DNA from: Haliotis rubra
Taxonomy: Eukaryota
NCBI RefSeq assembly: GCF_003918875.1
Contig: NW_025765059.1
Coordinates: forward strand, 1,922,001-1,986,000
DNA length: 64,000 nucleotides
Direction: 5' to 3'
The translations under genes and the position numbers were made by a program. A model generated the notes under the pieces. That model did no database searches. It had not been told where the DNA came from and saw only the letters and a list, made by a program, of their open reading frames with translations. Shown here in pieces: positions 1 through 13,253 of the stretch. Numbering within the stretch: the first letter of the stretch is position 1; each line of letters opens with the position of its first letter.

Positions 1-505
1 ATCCACACTGTTCAATACAGTGACACACAGTCAACCAAGTCAAGAAGTTGGATCACATAAACCATTCTGTCACGACAAAACCCAGATTTACCCCTTTATG
101 ATCCTGCAACACTATGCTACCATTTTAAGCTGTGTTTCTAGGTTAGGATCAGTCACCATCATGTTGCACTGGAAGATATGACTGAATGGATCACATTAGT
201 CAAATGATTTTTTTGATACGTGAACTTCGTCGCATGGATCATTGATCATAATATCAATAGCTGGATCATCTGGTTGATTTTTACAGGCTATGCTTGTACT
301 GCTAGCTTGTACAGCTATGTGTGGTGTTAAGAACCAAACTAGAAAATATCTTGTCTGATCACTGATGAAGACTGGCCATGTGACACCTCAGGTTGAACTG
401 GGACTCTCAGGATTTGCTGTTTTGTTTGAAACCCAGATTTACCCCTTTATGATCCTGGGTTTGTCAACACTACACCGGTTGTCATGAATGTAGCTACCAT
501 TTTAA

Positions 506-830
506 GAAAAAAGAAGAGGAAATATAGGGATTTGGGCGGGCTGAAAAGGTTGGACAAGCCCTCAATACTATCTAAATATAAGCTTTGCAAACATGTCGGG
601 CTTACACAAAAAAAAATGGCTTGCTACACGCTTGGTTGTGGATAGTGTAGAGGGAGATGCCTACATTGTTAATGAACAATATGATATGTTGTTGGAGAAC
701 GGTGTTAGGATCTACACCGAAATGTAGCATCTATTGCAATAAAGAAGTTGTCCATCCAAAAAAAAAGTGTTCCTCTTCATCATACCAGCTTCTTCATCAT
801 ACCAGCTTCTAAATGCCACTTAAAGAAGTT
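506..830 (+). mobile_element. Penelope-like element terminal (pLTR-type) fragment with hammerhead-like motif
   Basis: Motif tggagaa-c-ggtgt-loop-acacc-gaaa-tgta-gcatc, then aataaagaagttgtc(c)atcc and cttctaaatgccacttaaagaag; the same tails recur at 12930-12953 and 13235-13258. Family assignment is from recalled PLE end motifs. Confidence 0.4.
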
Positions 831-939
831 GTACATATTCTCAGTCATAATATCGTGAACTTAGTAAAGTATTAAGTGAATGCTTTGACACTGTATAAAT
901 CTTGGATAAATGTAGTAACCAATGTTGCTATGGTTACAG

Positions 940-1025
940 GAGTCCTGCTGGGCATAACCAATGCGATTGCTACGATTCCAGGCTTCCTGGGCCCTCAGTT
1001 AGTTGGCATCATCACCAACGATAAT
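940..1025 (+). CDS. SLC17/sialin-like MFS anion transporter, penultimate coding exon
   Basis: ttacag|...|gtaagt; encodes (G)VLLGITNAIATIPGFLGPQLVGIITNDN, the SLC17 TM11 GxxNxxATIPG motif. Confidence 0.85.
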
Positions 1026-1229
1026 GTAAGTTGCCCTGCAATGTGTCTGGTATAATCTGCCCGGGACTGGGAATAACCTGTAAATTTTGTAATTTCCCAG
1101 GGAGGACATAATGCTTTCCAACAGGTTGTTTTGTCATATGATGAGGTCACAGCAGAGAAATCCCATGGCTTATTCAACCCACTTCAAAACAACATAGCCA
1201 AAACAGTATTGCAGCACATACAATGCCGA

Positions 1230-1810
1230 CAGTAATTCCGCGCACCTAAGCAAATCGATCGCAACACGACAACTTATGTCTCTTATTTTTTGTGGTTTAC
1301 GTGACTAAATATGCTGGTATGCATCATACCATGCTGGTATGCATCATATTTACCTAGAAATATAAGTTTTATTGACAACTATGAGATTCTAACGTTGCAT
1401 TATGCCATACGGTTGACCTTACCGGCGTTCTGACGACATCACTTGCTGTCCGGTAATTCTGACCAGCAACTGATGCACATAACATCCAGCTGGAGATCCG
1501 AAGTATGGAAGCGTATTAGGGCCAGATTATTTTCAAAAATCACTTCATCAATGTAAGGAAGAGTGGTTCATATTAAATCCAATTATGAATAATGAAGAAA
1601 AAGGTTTAAAAGTCCGATGAAAACGAATTTTCATAAAACTGTCAATTTATCTGTCAGTTACTGTTATTTACTTACCTTTAGTGATTAAAAGCCAGTCCCT
1701 TGTAGAAATGTCCCGATTTCAAGCGTAAATGTGGTAGCAGACGATGTTTACCTTGATACGGAAGTACTCTATTGCAGCTGCGCAGAATTACCGGATACGC
1801 GGAATTACTG
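1230..1810. mobile_element. Putative non-autonomous TIR element
   Basis: 13-bp inverted repeat cagtaattccgcg (1230) / cgcggaattactg (1810); no convincing TSD. Confidence 0.35.
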
Positions 1811-1842
1811 GACTCGCTTGTAATAAGAAACTAAATCCTCTA

Positions 1843-1948
1843 GGGCCCGTTCCACAAAGCATTCGTAGCGCTACGACTGTCGTAAGTCTATGTTAAAAAA
1901 TGGGAGTTCAATCACCTTAGCGCTACGATCGCTTTGTGGAACGGGCCC
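1843..1948. mobile_element. PIF/Harbinger-like (Tourist-type) MITE, 106 bp
   Basis: TIR gggcccgttccacaaagc / gctttgtggaacgggccc; 3-bp TSD CTA on both sides. Confidence 0.75.
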
Positions 1949-2430
1949 CTAATCTTTACATGATATCTCCACCGAACTTCCTTGCCAATATGTCCACTGA
2001 ATGTCAGCCGTTAGTCAGCTATGGGGCTGTACATAAAGGTCATATCACTTTCATGCTGAGACCATTGTACCATTTCAAGTCTAAAAGTTAGTTTTCTGCT
2101 GTCAAAATCTTGAAAACCTCAAACATGAATCTCAGTTATTCACCATACTTCACTGGTGTTGATACAGAAGGCTTCTATCAGTTCAATACGATTCACATTG
2201 TTAGTGACCTGTCAAAATGGACATTGAAAGGCCTTTTTGTTAATTGTTTAACAGTGATAGTGAGGTTTAGTTTCATTGATACAGTAGCAGTCAGTAGGAC
2301 TTGCTTGTCATTGTTCACCCTGAAGTGTGTTGTTGTTGTTTGGTCAAACTGGAGCATACACTCTTCTCTATCTTGTTTATTTGCAATTACATTATTTAGA
2401 AGACTATTTCTCATAAAAAATATTCAAAAC

Positions 2431-2501
2431 ATGTTGGGAATCAAACCTGGGTCTTTGGCATGACAAGCAAACGCTTTAACCACTAGGCTACCCCACTGCC
2501 C
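2431..2501 (-). mobile_element. tRNA-derived SINE family A, head fragment
   Basis: Reverse complement matches the A/B-box head of the full copy at 28891. Confidence 0.7.
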
Positions 2502-2896
2502 ATAAACATATGTGAGAAGGTATGAGTGCAAGAGAGAGGACATTTTGCACCATGACTGATACTTGTAATGTCTTAGAGGCGTTCCTTACATTCACTGTGA
2601 AAATATCACATTTTTCACATTGGTCAATGACAGATACATCATGTTTCACAAGACACTTGAAATTTTTAAGTTTGGTGTTCGGAATAAAATAATGGAGATG
2701 ACACGTATTTATTTTATCAATTGCTATCTTTGTATTGTCATTGTATGAAGAATATCAGTACTAATGATATACCTTAAAATGATATCCATTTTTGTCACTG
2801 CAGTATATATTAAACTATATGACATATTAGTATTTTATTTGAGGTTTTGGAACAAAGCTATTAAATACCTTTGATACATTGTGTGCGTGCCCACAG

Positions 2897-3136
2897 GAGA
2901 CGATAGCTGGATGGAGGATTGTCTTCATCATTACGGCAGTAGTCTATTTGTTCGGGACAATCATCTTCATCATCTTTGCTCGTGGAGAAGAACAGCCCTG
3001 GGCTAAAGTGAAATCTGAGGAAGAGGAAGAGGAAGATGTTGTGGAGAAATCCAAGTCCTCCGTACAAGCAACTGTACAGAATGCTCCTTATGATCAGGAA
3101 ATTCTTATACCACCTCCTACTGATAGCTCTTCATGA
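2897..3136 (+). CDS. SLC17/sialin-like transporter, last coding exon
   Basis: ccacag| phase-0 acceptor, compatible with the upstream exon; ETIAGWRIVFIITAVVYLFGTIIFIIFARGEEQPWA... is the SLC17 TM12 plus EEQPWA signature; TGA at 3134-3136. Confidence 0.9.
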   Translation, partial: ETIAGWRIVFIITAVVYLFGTIIFIIFARGEEQPWAKVKSEEEEEEDVVEKSKSSVQATVQNAPYDQEILIPPPTDSSS

Positions 3137-5623
3137 TACTGTGGAAGTGTGTAAGCTGTATTGTTCAATATGTACTATTCATTCACTGTACTTTCCGTGT
3201 TGGTTCCTGGTTAGAACTGGTCCCAGTTACCTGTACTTGTAGAAAGAGATGGCCAAGTGGATCGGGTCGTCGACTCAGTGGTTTGCATCATACCTCTTGT
3301 GTAGATCAAGGCTCACAATATCAAACCTGTTTTGTGTAGTCCAGAATGGATTATTAACAAGCTGCTATGTTGCCAAACAGGACATTAAAGGAAAAAACAT
3401 ACAGTATTCTTGGATATGTCATAGAAACAGTTCTATATTTATGTGGTAGTGGCACTTCCAGGTCAATCAAATCACCGAGTCTGACCACCTGACCCAAGCA
3501 GTGCTTGGTACCTGTTCTAACCTGGTTCTCGGTGGTGTTTGTATTCATGTATATGGGAGTCACACACATATCACTGTGTGTTTGTGCATGTTGTTGATTT
3601 TACAGCATGGTATAGTGGCTGTATTGAGGTTGCTTGTTGTACTGGGTACAGAACACTGATCAGATGAAGATGAGCAGTGTTGTTGGTCTGAGAGAGAGTG
3701 TAGGGTGACTTCATCCTGCAGCTTAACTCCTGAGAGTTTCTAGGGCTTGGTACCTGGTAGGATGGACTGTTGATCTTCTAGGCCTCAAAGGCAGCTTAAT
3801 TGGTGTAGTCCCCACAAAATAAAAATGAACAATAAACCACACTGTTTTACTGACCAGAGTAATATTGTAGTCAGGGGTATTCCTTGACCTACAAAACTAG
3901 GGTTCAGATGGCCTACAGTTAATAATTTCAAGATATATGCGAGGCCTAAAAGTAATGACATGGTATTGTGTACTGAACCAAAAATTTAGTAACTATTATA
4001 ATTACAGGGAGATTGTGTTTCATGTCAAGAATTAAGTACTAAGAATATTATTGTTGCAGTATATTTTTTCCGGTGTTTAATGTGTTTGTTTGTACATACT
4101 GGGGGCACATTTCTGGTAGAACTTTCTCTGAGTCAATTCGGAACATTATAGAAATGCTGATTATATTCTGGTATGAGCTTACGTTCCAGTTGGTGGAGTA
4201 ATTAAGAAAACCTTTTGACCAGAACATTGAGCATAACCTTTGATAAACTGCATTGATGTGTTTACTGGTCTGATAGTTCTGTGATTAGATATTCAAAATA
4301 TCAGATTTGAGAACCACATTCCATACCAATTTCCTTGACATTGCTTTGCAAAGTGATTCATATTTCTGGGGAAGTAACAACAATTGCTGTCAGCCGAACA
4401 GATCTTCACCAGATTATTTAGTGTGTGCATTCTAACCCTTGGAATCATGAAGGTGACAGAACACATATACTGACACAAGTCTGTCGGTGTTGGAAGGCCT
4501 GTGACGAAAATAGGTGAAACTTCATGAAGAATTCTTCCCCAAGGTATGGAGTTTAGTACAGTGCACATATTAATGTGGATTATATTAATCCTTCATGTTC
4601 ACATCTACAGGAAGAACCTGCTGGTTACTGAACCAGTCAGGTTGATAAAAATATTTATGTATTTATATAAATATTTATCAGTATGTCAGACAGTTGCTCA
4701 ATAGTCAAACCTGGTGAAATGTCATGATCTGATACATGATTGTTTGGGTTACTGCTTGACATGGCACTCAGCAAGTTTCCGGCTATATGATAACAGTCTG
4801 TAAATAATCGAGTCTGGACCAGACAATCCAGTGATTGACATCATGAGCATTGATCAATGTAATTATTTGACAAAGGATTGTGTTGTTTCATTATTGTAAA
4901 TTGCCATTAATTCCTGAGCATTTGATTTGCTATGCAATCAATCTTGCACTTTGTGTTTACATTAATCAAAACAATATCAAGCCATGCCCACAAAGGGACT
5001 ATTTTCTCTTGATTTGCATATAATAAAGTGGGTGTGGTTTAGGTTGTGGTAGTGCCATGAATGATGTCAATCATTTTGTGCTCTCTATGTGGGTAGTTGT
5101 TATTGTTGACACGCTGTTGCACTTATTTATACAGTTTGCACACCATTGTTGTCATTTATACCTACCGGTACATAAATGCAAATATAACTATATTTTAAAT
5201 TTTGTAAGATGTACAGGTCTGTTTGCCAATACTCTCTTGCCAATATGCTAATACATTTATTTATGTGTTTATTTAAGTGGATATTCTCCTTAATGTGCAA
5301 TACAATTGTGCCAACTACTAGTTATGGAAATACTAAACAATACTCAGTTTACTTTTTAAGTTGTTTTTCTACAATTTATTATAGATTCATCTTTAGTTCA
5401 GGAATGCTGCCTTGTTGATTTAAGTTTTAGTGTTTATTTACAGCTGAAACAGTAAGTAAAACAGAATTTTAATTTACAGTAAGTAAATTAACTTTATCTC
5501 AAATTGAAATAGGTTTATTGATTGATAAACGTACTGCAAAGGATTCACAATGGCAGTACAATTATAATGGCAGGAGTCTGACTGATCTGGAAGATGTTAA
5601 ACTGAACTCAGTTCAACTATAGT

Positions 5624-5977
5624 GAGGTGAGGTGAAATTGGGTTTAACATCCTACTTGAGAATATTTCGCTCATATGACGACGTGCATGCGTGTGTGTGT
5701 GTATGTGCGGCTGCTTGTACTAGCCAAGACTTAAGCTGGTTTTATAGTGCTAGCCCACTGAGATACCATGCCGCAGTGAAGCATGAATACCCTACTCAGA
5801 CACAGTATACTGACTCCGAGCCGACCAGTCCTTCTTGGACCCATTAATGCAGAGCGCCAGGCAGGGACCAACAAGTACCATATTTTAACGTCTTTTGGTA
5901 TGATGCGGTTGGGGATCGAACCCTCGACCTTCCGCTCTCCGGGCGGACGCTCTAACGTCTACACCACGGAGGCGGTC
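5624..5977 (-). mobile_element. tRNA-derived SINE family B (MetaSINE-like central domain)
   Basis: tRNA-like head, ataccaaaagacgttaaaatatggtacttg domain, (cacct)n tail, TSD aactatagt; near-identical copies at 15186-17152 and 30683-31045. Confidence 0.85.
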
Positions 5978-6467
5978 TTTTAACTATAGTAATATCAGAT
6001 ACAGTGTAATACAATTAACACATTGTATTAAAATGAATTTTCAGCTGAAGTAAGGAAGTCAAAGATAACGTTTACCAATTTCATGAAAGCCACAAGCAGG
6101 GCACTGTTTTTACAAACCTAAGATGATTATGTCTGGCATTGTGCCATTGTAATCTTGTTTATCAGCAATCGGTAATAAACACAGCATTTCACCTGTATAC
6201 ATGAATTTTTTGTTGGTGTTTCTTGTTGTTAACTCTACAGGTAGCAATATGGCAGCTGTCGTGAACAATAGAGTCCAGACAATTCAGTGATTGATAATCT
6301 TTTTTAACAAGTTATCACACAATACCTTGTCACTGTGACCCACCACCCATGAGGTTGCCTCCAACAACAGTCATACCTGTTGGTTGCTGGGAATCTATTC
6401 TAACAAGGAATCCCTCTAAATGTGACACGGTATAGATAACAACCATGATGGGCCAACAATTTGGTTC

Positions 6468-6624
6468 GGTGAGTGAGTGAGTTCAGTTTTACGCCAATAT
6501 TCCTGCAATATCATGCAGGGGACACCAGAAATGGGCTTCACACATTGTATCCATGTAGGGAATCGAACCAGGGTCTTCAGTGTGATGAGCGAATGCTTTA
6601 ACCACTAGGCTACCCTACTGCCCT
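6468..6624 (-). mobile_element. tRNA-derived SINE family A
   Basis: Full-length copy, (actc)n tail, 10-bp TSD aatttggttc. Confidence 0.85.
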
Positions 6625-7729
6625 AATTTGGTTCAGAGTGGAGTGTTAGTCGCGAATGAAAGGACGAAAGACTATTAACTTTCCCCAATCTCTTTCATGA
6701 GCTCGTCACTATGAGCTAAACATCTACTGTTTGATATGAATTTCTTTAACCTTTGGAAATTATTTGTTGACTTGCTTGTTACACTCTATGAAAGTTTTAG
6801 AACCATATTAATTGTAGATAATAGTACTTGTCACTGACATCAATAATCAGAAAGGTTATAAATGTGCCGCTTTGTATATTTTAGTGAATCAGTATATTTT
6901 ATGTGACTCAATATTCATACCACACACATTTGGCTTGGGACTTGAAAATACATGCACCGATTAAATACAGAAAGAAATATATATATTTCAGAGTTGTCAA
7001 AGATTATGTTCCATCTATAATAACTATCTATATTGTTGTTTTTGATACACAGATTGGTTAAAATGTGACCTCATTCAGAGCTTCTGCTGCTTAGACATTG
7101 TTTTTGTGTGAACACACAATACTAGTAATTGATAAATGCTATGATAAATTGTATGTATGTCTGTGTGAAAATATGTGTAACTAAGTTTCTTCAAAGCAAA
7201 TTGTTTCACTCAAACACATCCCAAATCACAATGGCCATCCCTTCGACAATGGGTCACGCTGCACTGGAGTCGTGTTAGCATCGCTGTCTCTCATGCCGAC
7301 TTCTAGTCAAAGACACAAGTCTCTACAGAAGAGGTTATTACCCTCCAGTAGGTACTCATTCTTTGAACATGAAACACAGAAACTATAACAAGAAATGAAT
7401 ATTTAAAATATTTATTTCTGTATGTACAAGATTCTCCATGAGGGTTTTCCTTATCTTCATCTACGCTGATGGACAGCCCAAATGCTGACTGAAATGTATT
7501 TGTGGGAAGTGAAGACAGACTTAAAAAACATCCTTCCGTAATGGCAGAATGCCAAAGTAGAGGCCACAATCCTGGTCTTGTGTGGAATGGACTGACTGAC
7601 TGACTGAGGTTTAGCTTTTCGCCCTTTCCAGCAATAGCAATATTCCAGCAATATCACTCATTGTGAAGTGGGCTTAACAGACTGTGGAATGGAAGCCTCT
7701 AGAGGTGGTAACCCGGCAAAGGTGTCAGC

Positions 7730-8720
7730 TTGAAGGATCTTTGAATGTTACAAAAGAGATGTTGTAGTATTCCATGCTGTGTACAGTGGAATGTATATAA
7801 TAAAGGCATAAAGACGCCATTGCCGTCAGGTAAATATGGAGAGCTCGAACAGAGCATAAAATGACATCTTTGTGATCTTCAAAATGCAAATCAAGGCCAG
7901 AGTTGGAATGGTGATTAAAGAGTCTGGTTGCCACGAGAGCTGGTTCTTCCCAGTTAGGTCATAGTGTAGTCGAAGAAAGACCTTCCTCTGATGTTGTCTA
8001 TCAAAACAAACCTTGTTGACATCGAGTGAGTGACGCTAGCTAGCAAATGCTGAAGCCATTGCTTAAGCCAATAAAAACAGTAACACATTAACAAAAAGAG
8101 TAGGATGACACTGAGATTCCATGTTTTAATCATGACGGTCTGCCAGTTTGTAGCAACAAATATGTGCCTGCAGTCCTGTTATTGTGGAGATTTGTGAAAC
8201 CATAGTGGTATCAGTTACTGGACTGAGCACATTCAGGAAATGTAGCCTTTAGGCATCATGTAGAAGGTATGTGCTGAACTGAGGTGTGAATTGGGTTTGG
8301 ATAAAGTTGTAATTCCATCAAAATGTTGTAAATGTAGTTGTCACTTTCTCAGTATAGTTGATTAATTTGATATCTGGTTTTACATTGTGAATCCCTGGGA
8401 TGTGCCAGAATGGAACCTGAATGTGGAGGGAGATAATTGTTGCCAGAGTTGACTTGGAAGACTTGTTGATGACCAAACCACTGATATGTTGTATGACTGG
8501 GTCATGAGGTGTGATGCCTGTAGAACTACCGCCCAATGACTTAACACCAGGATCTCTGCCTTGAATTCTAGGTTGTTGATGTGAAGCTTCTTATTTTCAT
8601 TGATGGACCAACGCCGGCAACCTGGTGATCGTGAAAGTGAATTCCTCATCCATGGTTCCGGCACTGATGTAAGTGATATGCGCAGTATTCCAAAGAAATT
8701 ATACACAATTAGATGTAGTC
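7730..8720 (-). mobile_element. Highly decayed DIRS-type retrotransposon relic (RNase H and YR fragments)
   Basis: Translated fragments RWSINENKKLHINNLEFKA (DIRS RNase H LHINxLELxA) and LCSVRALHIYL (YR LCPVRALxxYL), in the expected order. Confidence 0.55.
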
Positions 8721-9001
8721 CTGTGGGGATACCATATCAGGGAACCAACCATGCCATGATGTAGTAGGATACCACCATAAGGTACAACTACACAGACAAG
8801 GCTTGGCAATCAGTCCTTCAAAGCATTCTGAGGTGGCTCAGTCCATCTGCTGCACCTTTACCCATCAACTTTAAAAGAAAGCTCAAGGCATTGCCCTGTA
8901 AACAGAAATGTCCTTCCAACTTCCAAAATGCCACCCTCTGAAGAAATGTTCACATCCTTCACTTTCTGCAACTCTGTACATGTTAATGCTGAATGAGTGT
9001 T

Positions 9002-9071
9002 TCAAATGCGGAATATGGTGGCACGGTAGTACTTGAGTTCCTCGATGCTTTCCTTGATGTCATCCAGTGCT
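9002..9071 (-). CDS. REXO2: Oligoribonuclease REXO2 exon 6 (last coding exon)
   Basis: tttcag|A GCA CTG GAT GAC...; (R)ALDDIKESIEELKYYRATIFRI*, ExoIII HRALDD motif. Confidence 0.93.
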
Positions 9072-9331
9072 CTGAAACAAACCAATTTATATACTAGAAT
9101 ATTGTTTCAAACATTATTAAGTGAAAATGAAATACCATAATCAAGAAAGTTAAATATAATTTCGGGTAATTTTCTGACGTCATATTGGAATGGGGAACAA
9201 TGTGCCAGTTATTTACTTATAACAGCTGTCATATAACAAGTGTAAGTTATTCAGTCATACAACAGCTGTCGGCTATTCAGTCATACAACTGTGGCCATGG
9301 AGATCACGGGAAGCCAGAGATGATGACAAAC

Positions 9332-9385
9332 CTGTGGGAAACCTTCTTTATGGGCGCTGCTTCATATTTCTCAGGACACCATCTC
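9332..9385 (-). CDS. REXO2: REXO2 exon 5
   Basis: tttgcag|...|gtttgt, phase 2/2; RRWCPEKYEAAPIKKVSHR. Confidence 0.88.
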
Positions 9386-10110
9386 CTGCAAACAGATTTT
9401 CCTTCACATTATGCCAGTTGTGAAATACCACTGTCAGCTCTACAACCACACAACATCAACACAACTGGAACATGCTAGCCTAGCAGTAGCAGGATGGAGT
9501 GCTCAGTTGACATGTCATCGATGGCCATCTGATTCAACCAGTCCACAACAGGAGTAGATTTGTGTCTAGAGAGTGTTACTCTTGGTATAACAATACTCCA
9601 GCCATAGCAGGATGGGGAGCACCACATGTGGAGTCAAACCTGGTGCTTCAGTGTGACAACCCCATTCCAACATTTCGACACCAACTGCACTGCTTGATCG
9701 ATTGCAAACTGGGAGGTGACACTTTTTGTCCATCTTGGCAGCCATTTTGGCCAGGGGATCCACATTTTGGATGCCTCATAATAATACTCAAAACAGCAGA
9801 CGCTGGGTAATATCATCACAAGTAACGTATGGATGACAGCTTCTTTGTGATGCTTCAGGGAAGATGTTGCCTTGACAACGGTGATAGCATCAGCCCTGTA
9901 ATCGAGCAGCCATCATCCACACAAATTGCTTGATTTTCACTAGGCAATGCCCAAATGTAGAATTTTGTAAAACATTTTTTCAGTCAATCATGTGGAACTA
10001 ACAGAGACTGAGTGAGTTCGATTTAACACTGCCTGACCACTATTTCTGGAACATCACATGGATATGGGAGTAAACCCCCATTAACATCAATGTTTGAAGT
10101 GTATAGCTAC

Positions 10111-10331
10111 CTGCAGAGTTCCTTCACAGTGCTCACGTCCATGATGCGGTAGTGCAGGTGGTTCACGAGCTGTGGCATGTACTTTTTCAGAAACATCTTG
10201 TCTGCATGTACAGAGTTGCCTCCCAGAGGACACACCCCAGGCTGAGTGTGCATTTTGGCAAACTGCAGAACTTCCTGTTCAGCTTTGGGTAAAGTGATCT
10301 TACTGTTCTTCACGGCTTCTGTCAAACCAGA
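10111..10331 (-). CDS. REXO2: REXO2 exon 4
   Basis: [10 protein letters not shown]...[41 protein letters not shown]; Orn ExoII motif; AG/GT boundaries. Confidence 0.95.
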
Positions 10332-10753
10332 CTGAAACAGAGCCTCATATAGCTAGAGTCTTGAGTGAAGCAGTTGATGGAATGAGCTGAGAATGAAATA
10401 TCCCTGACAAGGTGCCACAGCGGACCACAGAATAGGACACATTATATCCACTCGGGGAATCAAACCTAGGCTCAAGTTAATGCTTTTACCGCTTGCCTAC
10501 TAAGTTCCTGGGTTAGATCAATGCTAGTTTTTGTTCTAGTTCTGCTACCTAAAAAAGACTTTGTTCAATATAGCCATTGCAATATATTCAGCACAATTTA
10601 GGTCAGATTTAGTATAATTATTTTAAAAAATAAAGTTATAACATGATTTCACTTAGGTCCTAACCACTGGTATCACACCTCAAGGCGAGTGTGCACAAAT
10701 TTGTTTTACGATCTAATATATTTGTGTTTCACATAGCAGTCGGAACATAATAC

Positions 10754-10831
10754 CTTCCCATGATGCTCTGTGCACCAATTGTCCATGGCGTCCAGTGCAG
10801 AGTCCGGTTGATTGATGACCAGGTTCGGACC
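10754..10831 (-). CDS. REXO2: REXO2 exon 3
   Basis: [26 protein letters not shown], phase 0/0, AG/GT. Confidence 0.93.
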
Positions 10832-11199
10832 CTGAGCAACAACACAAGCAATTACAGCCTTATCCTATATGTTACTTTGAATAAACACAGCAACACAATT
10901 ACCGTATCTTATGAGAAACTATTTTCACCGAGAGTTGTTTCCTATAGCGTCTTAAATCTTGTACTAATTCTTCAATGATACAGAACTCAAGGAACGATTA
11001 CTACAATAGGAGTATACTATGAATGTCATGATATCCAGTAGTTCGAAAGGTGAATGAAGAATATTAAAAATAAAATACTGCTGCTAAAGAATTTCACAAG
11101 ATGTATGTACATGTGTCATGTAGGTGTCATGTACATGCGTCCTTCACATGTTTGCATGTCTTTAGAATTTTACCTCATGTGTCAGTATTTGGTTCTCAC

Positions 11200-11283
11200 C
11201 TCAGCAACAATGTTGAGCTGTCCATCCGTGACAAGACAAGCTATCTCCAGGATCTGATCTGTTTCTATATTCAGCCCTGTCAT
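11200..11283 (-). CDS. REXO2: REXO2 exon 2
   Basis: [28 protein letters not shown], ttttcag|...|gtgaga. Confidence 0.93.
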
Positions 11284-11330
11284 CTGAAAACATAGTCCCT
11301 TTATGATATGTGCTTCACACAGTTAGTGGA

Positions 11331-11513
11331 CTGACTGACTGACTGACTGACTGACTGAGTTTGGTTTTACGCCGCTTTTAGCAATATTCCAGCAATATCA
11401 CGGCGGGGGACACCAGAAATGGGCTTCACTCATTGTACCCATGTGGGGATTCGAACCCGGGTCTTCGGCGTGACGAGCCAACGCTTTAACCACTGGACTA
11501 CCCCACAGCCCCC
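11331..11513 (-). mobile_element. tRNA-derived SINE family A
   Basis: Full copy with expanded (cagt)n tail; about 11-bp TSD cagt(t/c)agtgga. Confidence 0.85.
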
Positions 11514-12571
11514 CAGTCAGTGGATCACTTGTTACCACAATGTATACTCTCACCCAGGGAATGTTGACAAAAGGTTTAAATTGAGTTGCATTGCTGACGC
11601 ATGTAGACGTAAGCCAGAATTTACAGACATATTTTTCACCTATATGATAAAGGACAAAGAAACATTGCCTTTGGAGATGTGACTGGTCGATCAGTCATGA
11701 AGTCACATTCTGAAATGAATTTGTAAACTGCTAAACTCTGACTGGTCAATCAGAGGTAATCAGATCACTAAAAGTACAGATATCTGATAAAATTGGCTTT
11801 GACAGCTAATAGTACTAGCAAACAAGGATAAGTTGAGCACCGACCTGACAATTGACCCGTATTAGAATGTATGAGTGCCGCCCACTGGCGCTTGCCATTG
11901 TTATCGAAGGGGCCCCAGGTTGTCCGTCTCAGTGAAGACAGAGATAAACCGATGGCATTGCTAGCTTTTAACAGTGTCTGTTTCGTGGATGTACATTCTT
12001 CTCCATGTACTTAATAACATTGTATGCCACTTCTTGGGTCTGAGAATGGATTATCTGACCGTGCTTACCTAACTTTGACATGTTTAATTCTCTCGAAATA
12101 TATATATATCTATATCTGAATATTACCGACTTGCTATACTGACCATGTGAGAGTCCTATGAGCAAGGTTTGTGCAGCTACGCACGGAATCAATTTCATCG
12201 TCATGCAATGCACATGCACTAGCTTACATCTGCTCTACCTTTCACAAACCAAATGGGTTTGCTCATTGCCTTGCACCGCCTACTTCTCGTTAACGCGTTC
12301 TCTGCGCCGGTCCAACTTATCCTTGTTTGCCAGTAGTATATTCTCAGACATTATCGGGAGGCAATTTGCATTCAGTATCAAGTATGAAGCAGGGCCTCTC
12401 AAACATTTCTTGTCAACTATATAAAGACTGGAATAACATCAAATTCATGCATCAATATTTGTAGAAATATAAAACTATCTGGTTATGTTTTTTACAGGGG
12501 CACTGATCTTGCACACTTTGCTAGAAGAGGTTGCTGTTTCTCCCCAAGGATACCCAGAAGATATCTCAGAA

Positions 12572-13253
12572 GAGAACAAGTCTATATGGATGACAACTTC
12601 TTTTTTTCTTGAGCATGATGTTTCGATACAGGTTCTTGTATTGTTTTCAAGTATGAATGGTACAGATAGAGAACATGTGATATATATACAAGAAGACTAA
12701 TTAACAAGGCAAAGCGGAATAACAATGTGATGATAACAAATAAAGGGATAACAGAAGATTACAGGGATAAACATGGGAGGCCAGTGGAATCCAGTGATAC
12801 ACAGAGCATAGAATGTATACACGATTAACAATGTGATGACAGCAAATAAAGGGTAGGAGAGGATTATGGGGATATACATAGAAGCCAGTAATGTTTGTAC
12901 AGGAGGCTAGGGTTGATACGATGAGCTCAAGAATAAAAGAAGTTGTCATCCATATATACTTGTTCTATCTGACTTCCAACATCTAAACCCGTGAAGGTCT
13001 TGGTTAGAATATTGATCTTCAGTAACCCATGCTTGTCGTAAGAGGTGACTTATGTGATCGGATGGTCAGGCTCCCTGACTTGGTTGACACATGTCATCGG
13101 TTCCCAATTGGGCAGATCGATGCTCACGCTGTTGATCACTGGATTGTCTGGTCAAGACTCGATTATTTACAGACCGCCGCTATATAGCTTGGATATTGCA
13201 GAGTGCGGCGTAAAACTAAACTCACCCACTCCAACTTCTAAAATGTCACTCAA
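12572..13253. mobile_element. Penelope-derived palindromic insertion carrying a nested SINE
   Basis: About 42-bp inverted repeat 12573-12614 / 12924-12966; flanked by a 16-bp duplication agaagatatctcagaa (12556, 13254); shares tails with the 506-830 fragment. Confidence 0.5.
12988..13230 (+). mobile_element. SINE-like family C (gtcgtaagagg(c/t)gact core)
   Basis: 3' tail atattgcagagtgcggcgtaaaactaaactcac resembles family A; TSD ccaac(a/t)tctaaa; decayed copies near 1-340, 4760-4865, 6215-6410, 33600-33730, 40300-40370, 41090-41260 and 42350-42430. Confidence 0.75.

Noticed and set aside
2110-2463. 117-aa ORF
   Set aside because: Intronic, non-ATG start, ends inside a SINE, no motifs
12676-12980. 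Solo LTR (TG...CA with aataaa)
   Set aside because: No TSD at those ends; better explained by the larger palindromic unit with a 16-bp duplication
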